64,000 bases of DNA, taken from positions 60,899-124,898 of the forward strand of contig JAWVXD010000007.1 of assembly GCA_033723415.1 (NCBI GenBank), read 5' to 3'. Made by a program: the position numbers and the translations under genes. The stretch comes from Sulfurospirillaceae bacterium (lineage in GTDB: Bacteria > Campylobacterota > Campylobacteria > Campylobacterales > Sulfurospirillaceae). Of this stretch, positions 41,408-49,918 are shown piece after piece; within the stretch, counting starts at the first letter, position 1; each line of letters starts with the position of its first letter. Below the pieces are notes generated by a model. That model worked only from the letters and a program-made list of their open reading frames with translations. It was not told where the DNA came from and searched no databases.

Positions 41408-41838
41408 TCGTTTAGTTCCTTGTAATATTTTTTTATCTTTTCTAGTACTTTTAAAGTAGTTTCATAATCATCATCATTAATGATATTTTTTAGATCCTCT
41501 TCTTGTTTTTTAAAAATAGGAGTCAATTCTTCTATACCTTTTTTTGTTTCTTGCGTTACATAAATCTGAAATATTCGTCTGTCTTCATTTGAGACTTTAC
41601 GAATCAATTTTCCTTTTTTTACCAAAGTATCTATTATCCTTGTTATCGTAGTTTTATCTTTATGCAAACAGCCGGCAATTTGTGTCTGAGAAAGCCCTGG
41701 CATCTCGTACACAAATTTTAAAAGGATACCTTGTTCGCTACTGATACCATATGGTTTGAGATATTTATTGGTTTTACTGTCCATTATATTTTTGGTTAAT
41801 TTCATTTGCAGCAAAAGACTGTTTTTCATATCATCCAA
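41404..41838 (-). CDS. MarR family transcriptional regulator
   Basis: TTITRIIDTLVKKG...DRR. Likely TTG start at 41838 (or ATG at 41829) after AGGAG. Confidence 0.92.
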   Translation of the reverse strand: MDDMKNSLLLQMKLTKNIMDSKTNKYLKPYGISSEQGILLKFVYEMPGLSQTQIAGCLHKDKTTITRIIDTLVKKGKLIRKVSNEDRRIFQIYVTQETKKGIEELTPIFKKQEEDLKNIINDDDYETTLKVLEKIKKYYKELNE

Positions 41839-41855
41839 ATGTTCTCCTTCCTTAT

Positions 41856-41871
41856 AGTTGTATATACAACT
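41856..41871. promoter_or_regulatory. Putative MarR operator palindrome
   Basis: Perfect 16-bp palindrome AGTTGTATATACAACT just upstream of the marR RBS; a further GCAACT half-site lies at 41881. Confidence 0.7.
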
Positions 41872-41961
41872 TTTAGTAATGCAACTATATATCAAACATA
41901 CTTAAACTATTATATAAGAAAATAGTTAATTAGCGCGTTTTTAGAGTTTTCTAGTCTAAGA

Positions 41962-43014
41962 TTATTTTTTGTTAGATTGATATACGAATGCTAAAACTTC
42001 GGCAACAGCCTTGTATAAGTTTTCAGGGATTGTATCAAGTAAGTCACATTTTTTATATAACTCTCTAGCAAGAGGAGGATTTTCTACTATCTGTATTTCA
42101 TATTTCATTGCTATTTCTTTGATCTTCAAAGCCAAAAAGTCAACTCCTTTTGCCAATACTTTTGGTGCATCTTCTTTGTTTTTATCATACCTGAGGGCAA
42201 CTGCAAAATGTGTAGGATTTGTTATGACGACATCAGCATTTGGTATCTCTTGCATCATCCTTTTCTTAGTCATTTCCATCTGAATTCTTCTTATTCTGGA
42301 TTTTATATGTGGATCACCCTCCATTTGCTTATATTCATCTTTTATCTCTTGTTTGCTCATTTTTAAATCTTTAAAATAGTTATATCTTACAAAGAACAGA
42401 TCAAATATAGCCAATAAAAAAAATATTATCAGCATAGCAGAACCTAATAATATTGCTTTTGCTCTGAGCCAATCAAGCTGATGAAAGATCGAGAGATAGA
42501 CGACACTCGGTAACTCTTTTGTAAAAGCATACAAGAAATAGTAAGCTACCCACATGACTATTGAAACTTTTATCACAACTTTTACTGTTTCGACTAATTT
42601 TTTGATTGAAAGTAAATTCTTCAATCCTTTTATAGGGTTTATTTTGTTTAAATCAGGAGTAAGAGGTTTTGTGCTAAACAAAAAACCAAATTGCAGTAAA
42701 GCTGCCAAAACACCGGATATGGCCACGGCTATTGCTAATGGTAAAATTATCAATGCTGTCTCTTTCATAGTTGTAATTGACATATCTAAAATTATATTTT
42801 TTGTTAATTCGACTCCTATAAAAGATTGAAAATATAAATACAAATGTACGATATGCTTCTGCATAAAGTCAAAAAGGGCTATAAAAGCAAAAATTGCCAC
42901 TACTAATGTAACAAAACTGCTTGCATCCTGACTTCTTGGGACATTCCCTTCTTTCCTAGCATCCTCAATCTTCTTGGAGGTGGGTTCTTCCGTCTTTTCT
43001 TGATCGTCTGCCAT
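41962..43014 (-). CDS. flhB: Flagellar export protein FlhB
   Basis: EKTEEPT, EGDP and the NPTH autocleavage motif. Confidence 0.98.
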   Translation of the reverse strand: MADDQEKTEEPTSKKIEDARKEGNVPRSQDASSFVTLVVAIFAFIALFDFMQKHIVHLYLYFQSFIGVELTKNIILDMSITTMKETALIILPLAIAVAISGVLAALLQFGFLFSTKPLTPDLNKINPIKGLKNLLSIKKLVETVKVVIKVSIVMWVAYYFLYAFTKELPSVVYLSIFHQLDWLRAKAILLGSAMLIIFFLLAIFDLFFVRYNYFKDLKMSKQEIKDEYKQMEGDPHIKSRIRRIQMEMTKKRMMQEIPNADVVITNPTHFAVALRYDKNKEDAPKVLAKGVDFLALKIKEIAMKYEIQIVENPPLARELYKKCDLLDTIPENLYKAVAEVLAFVYQSNKK

Positions 43015-43021
43015 CGTTTTT

Positions 43022-43837
43022 TCAGATTATCTTCATAGAAAGATCTAGCCAAGTGGCCTGGTGGATAAGACTACCGCTGCTTATGGCGTCTACCTTTGTT
43101 TCTGCATACTCTTTTATATTGTCTTTTGTAATATTGCCGCTGGCTTCGACAAGTATATATGAAAAATTTTTATTTTTATATTCAACTACTTCTTTTATAT
43201 CGGTAAGCTCCATATTGTCACACATGATCATATCGGCTCCACATTGCATTGCATACTTGGCAAATTCTACACTTTCACATTCGATCTCAATCTTTGAAGT
43301 ATATGGAAGTTTATTTTTTGCTGTTTTTAAAAATTCTTCTAAATTTTCTATTGTTTTTATGTGTGTATCTTTTAGCATCAAACAATCATCCAAGCCCATT
43401 CTGTGATTGTTTCCTCCGCCACATCTTACTGCATATTTTTCAAAGATCCTAAGAAATGGTCTCGTTTTTCTGGTATCTAAGAGCTTTATATCATAGTCTT
43501 TTATCTGTTGTACATATTTATTTGTATTTGTTGCGATTCCGCTGGCATGTTGCAGCAAGTTTAGTATAGTTCTCTCACACATCAAAAGTTTTTTTGATTT
43601 ACCCTTTAAGATAGCTATAACATCACCTGTAAAAATACCTTCTCCATCTTTTATGTTAAATTTTATATCTATATTTTCAATCTTACAAAGTGCTTTTACA
43701 TAAACAGTACCTGCCAAAATGCCGCAATCTTTTGAGATTATTTTTGCCGTAGATTTTTTATTGTCTCCAACCAGATAAAACAAATCTCCTCTGCCTATAT
43801 CCTCTTGGAGTGCATTTTTAACAAATTTTTTTATCAT
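43022..43837 (-). CDS. nadC: Quinolinate phosphoribosyltransferase
   Basis: DTRKT, HRMGLDD, KDTH, EASG. Confidence 0.97.
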   Translation of the reverse strand: MIKKFVKNALQEDIGRGDLFYLVGDNKKSTAKIISKDCGILAGTVYVKALCKIENIDIKFNIKDGEGIFTGDVIAILKGKSKKLLMCERTILNLLQHASGIATNTNKYVQQIKDYDIKLLDTRKTRPFLRIFEKYAVRCGGGNNHRMGLDDCLMLKDTHIKTIENLEEFLKTAKNKLPYTSKIEIECESVEFAKYAMQCGADMIMCDNMELTDIKEVVEYKNKNFSYILVEASGNITKDNIKEYAETKVDAISSGSLIHQATWLDLSMKII

Positions 43838-43965
43838 TTAACTATCTCCCTTTTACTGAACAAATCCAGCAAAAATTCCTCGAATTTGAGTTTTAGTTTT
43901 TCGAAGAATTTTATTATTTATCTCTTCTTTCTGCTGAACCACCTAGCAAAAAATCATCTCATTTT

Positions 43966-44988
43966 TTAAATTTCAAACATCCTGTTAAGCGCTATATAGG
44001 ACCACTCTCTAACATCTTCACTTATCACTATTTCATTATCAAATCTTTTCTCTTTTATAGACAATAATGTATTGTATAAATCTTTCAAAGTAGTTTCATT
44101 CATAGTCGGGCATTCAGGTTTTGACGAAGACAATATATACGTATTTTTTTCTCTCAATCTGTTTACCATATTAAATTCTGTCGCAACAACGATCTTTTGC
44201 TCAACCGGTAATTCTTGAATGAATTTGATAATTTGACTAGTCGATCCGACAAAGTCTGCATTATCGCAAACTTCTACTTTGCACTCTGGATGCGCAACAA
44301 CCAAAATATCTGGATACTTTTGTCTGTAAAATTCAATATCTTCTACATCAAAAAGTTGATGAACCGAACAAAAACCGTTATAGCAGATCACATCTGCATC
44401 TTTTGGATCTGTTCCATCACCTATAACGCATGATTTTAATCCCATTCCTTTTGCAATATTTTGTCCGAGGCATCGATCAGGTACAAATAATATTTTTTTG
44501 CCGCTCTCTCTAGCTTTTATAATAATCTTTTTTGCATTTGAACTTGTGCAAACCATCCCTCCCATCTGTCCTACTTTGGCTTTTACCTCAGCAGATGAAT
44601 TGATATATGTTACGGGCATGATATCTTCTTTTTTTATTCCTGCTTTCTCTAAGATAGCGACATTATTGTCATAATAATCTGCATCTATCATCCTAGCCAT
44701 AGCACAACACGCGATCTTGGGCATAAAAACTCTCTTGTTCGGCGCCAATATTTTGACGCTCTGTCCCATAAAACCTACTCCGCAAAAGATTAAATAATCT
44801 TTTTCATCATTAGCGGCCCATTTTGCCAGTTCTAGAGAATCTCCAGTAAAATCTGCCATATCAAAAACTTCATCTTTTTGATAATAATGTGCAACAATAC
44901 TGACATCCAGCTCTTCTTTTAGTTTTTTAATTTCAATTTTTAGTTCATTGTTGTCCAATTTAAAATCCTTTGTATATAGACAATTCAT
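43966..44988 (-). CDS. nadA: Quinolinate synthase
   Basis: AHYYQ, GDSLEL, YINS, HPEC, CPTM. Start could be TTG at 44958. Confidence 0.96.
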   Translation of the reverse strand: MNCLYTKDFKLDNNELKIEIKKLKEELDVSIVAHYYQKDEVFDMADFTGDSLELAKWAANDEKDYLIFCGVGFMGQSVKILAPNKRVFMPKIACCAMARMIDADYYDNNVAILEKAGIKKEDIMPVTYINSSAEVKAKVGQMGGMVCTSSNAKKIIIKARESGKKILFVPDRCLGQNIAKGMGLKSCVIGDGTDPKDADVICYNGFCSVHQLFDVEDIEFYRQKYPDILVVAHPECKVEVCDNADFVGSTSQIIKFIQELPVEQKIVVATEFNMVNRLREKNTYILSSSKPECPTMNETTLKDLYNTLLSIKEKRFDNEIVISEDVREWSYIALNRMFEI

Positions 44989-44999
44989 AGTAATTTCGC

Positions 45000-45040
45000 A
45001 TTATAGCAAAAGCATAATTAAATTAAATTTTTGCTAGAAT
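45000..45040. promoter_or_regulatory. Divergent extended -10 promoters for nadA (TGCTATAAT, minus) and plsY (TGCTAGAAT, plus)
   Basis: Matches to the Campylobacterota TGnTATAAT consensus at 45000-45008 and 45032-45040. Confidence 0.6.
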
Positions 45041-45100
45041 TTTACAGCGAAAAGATCAGAGTGCCCTAGCAGTCTAAGGCGCTAAATAAAAGGAAAAACA

Positions 45101-45727
45101 TTGGAAATTTTTTTTAATTCAAATATACAATTTTATATATTAGCCTATTTAGTAGGCGGCATACCGTTTGGTTTACTTCTTGCTAAGTACTATGGAAAAG
45201 TCAATGTTACTGAAGTTGGAAGCGGTAGCATCGGAGCCACAAATGTTCTAAGAGCATTAAAAAGCCAAAATCCGATCCTTGCTAAAAAAGTTGCACTTGC
45301 AACTTTGGTACTTGATGTTTTAAAAGGGATTGTTGTACTTTCAATAGCAAAATTCTTAGGTATGAGCGTTGAAACTCTTTGGGCAATCGCAATATTTTCC
45401 GTTATTGGACACTGTTATAGTCCATATCTTAAATTTGAAGGCGGCAAAGGTGTAGCAACTGGCATGGGTGTGATGTTTTTTATGCTTCCGGTTGAGACTT
45501 TGATATCACTTGCAGTATGGGCTATATGTGCTAAGACTATAAAGATCTCATCAATATCATCATTGATAGCATTTTTAACTCTTTGTATCTCATCTTTTAT
45601 AATTCATCCAAAAATTGCTGAAATAGAAACACATGCACCTATCTTGATCATCACGTTTATAATATTCTACAAACATATTCCAAATATAATGAGACTCTTC
45701 AGGGGAGAAGAAACAAAAGTAGTTTAA
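45101..45727 (+). CDS. plsY: Glycerol-3-phosphate acyltransferase PlsY
   Basis: GSGSIGATNVLR, GHCY, FEGGKGVAT, KHIPNI. Confidence 0.96.
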   Translation: MEIFFNSNIQFYILAYLVGGIPFGLLLAKYYGKVNVTEVGSGSIGATNVLRALKSQNPILAKKVALATLVLDVLKGIVVLSIAKFLGMSVETLWAIAIFSVIGHCYSPYLKFEGGKGVATGMGVMFFMLPVETLISLAVWAICAKTIKISSISSLIAFLTLCISSFIIHPKIAEIETHAPILIITFIIFYKHIPNIMRLFRGEETKVV

Positions 45728-46063
45728 ATGATAATATTTATAGAAAAACTCACATTTGATGCAATATTGGGGATCTTGGACAAGGAAAGACAAGATACCC
45801 AAAAAATCACGGTTGATGCGAAAATAAGCTATGACTATACCGATAACGAGATGGTAGATTACTCACAAGTAGCTCAAATTATAGAAGATACTATCAAAAT
45901 AAAAAAATTTTATCTTATAGAAGATGCTTTAGAAGAAATTGTAACTATTTTGAAAAAAAAGTTTCCGAAAATACACAAAATCAAATTAAAAATTTCAAAA
46001 CCTGACATTATTAACAATTGCGTTGTTGGGGCGATTATTAAAAGAAAATTAAAAATTTATTAA
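45728..46063 (+). CDS. folB: Dihydroneopterin aldolase
   Basis: ILGILDKER...Q, DYS, LIE, KP; follows plsY. Confidence 0.85.
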   Translation: MIIFIEKLTFDAILGILDKERQDTQKITVDAKISYDYTDNEMVDYSQVAQIIEDTIKIKKFYLIEDALEEIVTILKKKFPKIHKIKLKISKPDIINNCVVGAIIKRKLKIY

Positions 46064-46109
46064 AAAATTATTAAAAAAACTTTAAATCTAGCTAAAATTA
46101 TGTTATAAT
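46038..46109 (+). promoter_or_regulatory. Phased TTAA array plus extended -10 upstream of hsrA
   Basis: TTAA at 46038, 46049, 46060, 46071 and 46082; TGTTATAAT at 46101-46109. Confidence 0.6.
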
Positions 46110-46161
46110 CTCGCTTATCTTTTTACACTAAGATAGATAAATTTTAAATTAAGGAACAATA

Positions 46162-46833
46162 ATGAGAATCCTAATTGTTGAAGACGAAGTAACACTTGGC
46201 AGGACAATAGCAGAAGGACTTCAAGAGTTTGGCTATCAAACAGATAGCTCTGAAAATTTTAAAGATGCAGAATATTATATCGGAATAAGAAATTATGATT
46301 TGGTTTTGGCTGACTGGATGCTACCTGATGGTGACGGTGTTGATTTGATAAATATTATTAAACAAAAATCTCCAAGAACTGCTGCTGTTATATTGTCTGC
46401 AAAAGACGATAAAGAAAGTGAAATCAAAGCTTTGAAAGCAGGAGCCGATGATTACATAAAAAAACCATTTGATTTTGATATCTTGGTTGCAAGAATTGAA
46501 GCGAGACTTAGATTTGGCGGAACAAATGTCATAAAAATAGATGACTTGATCATTGATCCTGATGAAGAAAAGATAACATATAAAGGTCAAGAGATCGAAC
46601 TCAAAGGCAAGCCATTTGAAGTACTCACTCATCTTGCAAGACATAGCGATCAAATCGTCTCTAAAGAACAACTCTTAGATGCTATCTGGGAAGAACCTGA
46701 GCTTGTTACGCCAAATGTTATCGAAGTAGCAATTAACCAAATTCGTCAAAAAATGGATAAACCATTGGAAATCTCAACTATTGAGACAGTTAGACGAAGA
46801 GGTTACAGATTTTGCTTTCCAAAAAAAGTATAA
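46162..46833 (+). CDS. hsrA: Homeostatic response regulator HsrA/CosR (HP1043 family)
   Basis: YYIGIRNYDL, KGKPFEVLTHLARH, AIWEEPELVTPNVIEVAINQIRQKMDKPL. Confidence 0.95.
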   Translation: MRILIVEDEVTLGRTIAEGLQEFGYQTDSSENFKDAEYYIGIRNYDLVLADWMLPDGDGVDLINIIKQKSPRTAAVILSAKDDKESEIKALKAGADDYIKKPFDFDILVARIEARLRFGGTNVIKIDDLIIDPDEEKITYKGQEIELKGKPFEVLTHLARHSDQIVSKEQLLDAIWEEPELVTPNVIEVAINQIRQKMDKPLEISTIETVRRRGYRFCFPKKV

Positions 46834-48107
46834 GAAATAGTTTTATATTACAATTAGTACTGGCATCAACGGTACTAATTGTAATTTTCTCGATAATTTT
46901 ATATAACTACATAAAAATCTCGATATACAAAGACTTAACCAACTCTCTTAAAAAAGAAGCCGCTTTAATTGCTGTATCTAAATCATCAGACCTAGGCACT
47001 ATTGGTACAAGTTTATTTAATCCTGGGCTCAGCATACAGAATTTAGTAGTAAAAACTGTCGTAAGAGTGGATGCAAACTCAAAAATAACTTTTGAACATT
47101 CAACAAAACGAGGACAACATTATCTCACTATTTATTATCCATATAATGAGGCAAAAGCTCTTTTTATATCTATAACAAAAAATATCAACGACACCGACAA
47201 ATTACTAAATGAAATATTAAAAAATATTTTGACAATTAACCTAATGGCAATTTTTTTGATCTTATTCTATGCACTTTTCTTATCGAGAATGCTGCTACTA
47301 CCTGTAAAATCACTGGCTATGAAATTGGCAAATATGAACGAAAGTTTTTTGCAAATTATTGACATTAAAACCTTACCTGAAGAATTTATGCCTCTAGGCA
47401 AAAGTATCAACAGTCTAGTCAAAAGAATACAAATATTTGTAGAATACCAAAAGGAGCTATTTATAGGCACATCTCATGAATTAAAAACTCCTTTGGCTGT
47501 TATGAAAACTAAAAATGAAGTTACTCTTTTGAAACCGAGAGATAATGAAAAGTACATAGAAACCATAAAAAGCAATAACGCAACAATTGATGAAATGAAT
47601 AAAATGATAAGCAATATATTAGAAATAGGCAGACAGGAGAGTGCTCATTTTGAAGAACCTATAAAGATGGACCTAATCAAATTTTTAAAAGAAAAACTGA
47701 ACAATTTCAAAATACTTGCACATCAAGTAGAAAAAACACTTGAAGCTGATATATCCCCCCAAAATTATGTAATCAAAACTCAACCTACGCTGATCATACA
47801 CATATTACAAAATTTTGTTCAAAATGCTATAAAGTTTACGCCAATCGGTAAAGCCATACACATAAAATGTTTTTTACAAAATGACGGATATGTTATAAAA
47901 GTTATCGATGAGGGATGTGGAATAGATGAAAATCTTGATCTTTTTGCACCTTTTAAAAGATACGGTAACAAATCCGGAGTTGGTCTAGGATTATTTTTAG
48001 CCCAAGGTGCTGCAAATGCAATAGGAGCTGAAATTTCGTTAAAAAATAGAAAAGATAAAACAGGTGCAATTGCTACATTATTCATCCCTATAGACAAAAA
48101 ATCATAA
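46812..48107 (+). CDS. Sensor histidine kinase (CosS-like)
   Basis: Two TMs, SHELKTPL, NAIKFT, DEGCG, GVGLGL; overlaps the hsrA 3' end. Confidence 0.9.
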   Translation: MLSKKSIRNSFILQLVLASTVLIVIFSIILYNYIKISIYKDLTNSLKKEAALIAVSKSSDLGTIGTSLFNPGLSIQNLVVKTVVRVDANSKITFEHSTKRGQHYLTIYYPYNEAKALFISITKNINDTDKLLNEILKNILTINLMAIFLILFYALFLSRMLLLPVKSLAMKLANMNESFLQIIDIKTLPEEFMPLGKSINSLVKRIQIFVEYQKELFIGTSHELKTPLAVMKTKNEVTLLKPRDNEKYIETIKSNNATIDEMNKMISNILEIGRQESAHFEEPIKMDLIKFLKEKLNNFKILAHQVEKTLEADISPQNYVIKTQPTLIIHILQNFVQNAIKFTPIGKAIHIKCFLQNDGYVIKVIDEGCGIDENLDLFAPFKRYGNKSGVGLGLFLAQGAANAIGAEISLKNRKDKTGAIATLFIPIDKKS

Positions 48108-48192
48108 AATTTCTTAAAAAATCACTTTTTTAAATTCTCTCAAAGTATTTTTAGTGTATAAGTTTTAAAATTTTAATTTGAGGAAATAGAAT

Positions 48193-48444
48193 ATGTCACT
48201 AATGATAACAGATGAGTGCATTGCTTGTGATGCTTGCCGAGAAGAATGTCCAAACAATGCTATAGAAGAATCAGATCCAATTTACATAATCGATCCTGAT
48301 ATTTGTACAGAATGTGTAGGTCACTATGATGAACCTGCTTGTATCTCAATTTGTCCGGTTGATTGCATTGTACCTGACGAAGATAACAAAGAAAGCTTGG
48401 AAGAGTTAAAATTAAAATTTGAACAATTAAATAGCGAAGATTAA
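48193..48444 (+). CDS. YfhL family 2x[4Fe-4S] ferredoxin
   Basis: CIACDACREECP and CTECVGHYDEPACISICP. Confidence 0.93.
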   Translation: MSLMITDECIACDACREECPNNAIEESDPIYIIDPDICTECVGHYDEPACISICPVDCIVPDEDNKESLEELKLKFEQLNSED

Positions 48445-49913
48445 TGGCAAAAAGAACAGCCGTAATAGATATTGGTTCTAATTCCGCTAGAATGGTTGTT
48501 TTTGAAAAAAGCAGTCATTTGGCTTTTCACATGATAAAAGAAGTGAAGAGCCAAGTACGAATAGGTGAAGGTGCATATGAAAATGGGGGTATTTTGCAAG
48601 AAATACCTTTACAACGTGCATTTGATGCACTTGCAAGTTTTAGAAATATAATAAAAACACTAAAATGCCAAAAAACTCTGTGCGTTGCAACTTCTGCTTT
48701 TAGAGACGCTCCAAATTCAGGATCATTCATAAGAAAGATCAAAAAAGAACTTGATATTAATATAAAGATTATTGACGGTAAAAAAGAAGCTTATTATGGC
48801 GGTGTTGCTGCCATAAACCATCTAATGCCAATAGACGAAGCAGTGACTATGGATATAGGAGGCGGTTCTACAGAATTAGCTCTTATAAAAAATAATAAGA
48901 TAATTCAAACCATATCTCTTGATGTTGGTACGGTAAGACTAAAAGAGCTATTTTTAGATAAGCATGCAGATGAAAAAGACGTAAAGGCCTATGTTGAAGA
49001 AAACATAGAAATATTACCGGAAAATTTTCATACTAAAAAATTGATTGTGATAGGAGGTACAACAAGGTATCTCTCAAAACTAATAATGTCAAAGATAAAC
49101 TATCCAATTACAACAGTTCATGCCTTTGAATATAAACTCAGCGATCATATCAATATGATAAATGAGATCAAAAATTCGCAGACAACACACCTTAAAGATT
49201 TTGGAATAAAAAAAGACAGAATAGATACTATCAGAGAAGGTCTTCATATATTTGAGGCAATAACATCTAAGCTACAGACTGAGCAAGTCATCACATCCGG
49301 TGCAGGTGTTAGAGAAGGTGTTTATCTAAGTGATCTTTTGAGAAATAAAAATCATATATTTAATCCTACCTTTAAATTGAGCCTAAGAAGTATTATAGAT
49401 AGATTTGAAATCAAAGATATTCAAAACAATTCGGCAGTAAAATGCTCATCTAATCTGTTTGATGCCTTAGAATACATACATCAAATAGACAGTAAATATA
49501 AAAAAGAACTGGAAATATCGGCTAAACTGTATAATATAGGTATAAAATTAAATTTTTATCAAAAAAATCTTCACAGTTTTTATTTTATACTAAATAATCT
49601 CAATTATGGTTTTTCACATAAGGAAAAGATACTGATTGCCATATTGATAAAATATCATATGAAAAAGCTTCCTTCAAGTGACGATATAGCAGTTTATCAG
49701 GATCTATTACCTGATATAAATATTGTAAACTGGTTAAGCTTTATCCTTTCACTTACAAATTGTCTTCATGAAGATTTGGTAAATGCAAGTTTTGAGTTTG
49801 AATATAAGAATCACACTTTAACCATCAAATCTAGCAAAAAGCTGAATTTGACGAAAGAGTGTATTAAAAAACTCGCCAAACCAGCTTCATTTGCTATTGT
49901 ATTAGAAGAATAA
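48444..49913 (+). CDS. ppx: Ppx/GppA exopolyphosphatase
   Basis: IDIGSNSAR, ATSAFR, DIGGGSTE, GVREG. Confidence 0.93.
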   Translation: MAKRTAVIDIGSNSARMVVFEKSSHLAFHMIKEVKSQVRIGEGAYENGGILQEIPLQRAFDALASFRNIIKTLKCQKTLCVATSAFRDAPNSGSFIRKIKKELDINIKIIDGKKEAYYGGVAAINHLMPIDEAVTMDIGGGSTELALIKNNKIIQTISLDVGTVRLKELFLDKHADEKDVKAYVEENIEILPENFHTKKLIVIGGTTRYLSKLIMSKINYPITTVHAFEYKLSDHINMINEIKNSQTTHLKDFGIKKDRIDTIREGLHIFEAITSKLQTEQVITSGAGVREGVYLSDLLRNKNHIFNPTFKLSLRSIIDRFEIKDIQNNSAVKCSSNLFDALEYIHQIDSKYKKELEISAKLYNIGIKLNFYQKNLHSFYFILNNLNYGFSHKEKILIAILIKYHMKKLPSSDDIAVYQDLLPDINIVNWLSFILSLTNCLHEDLVNASFEFEYKNHTLTIKSSKKLNLTKECIKKLAKPASFAIVLEE

Positions 49914-49918
49914 TCTTT

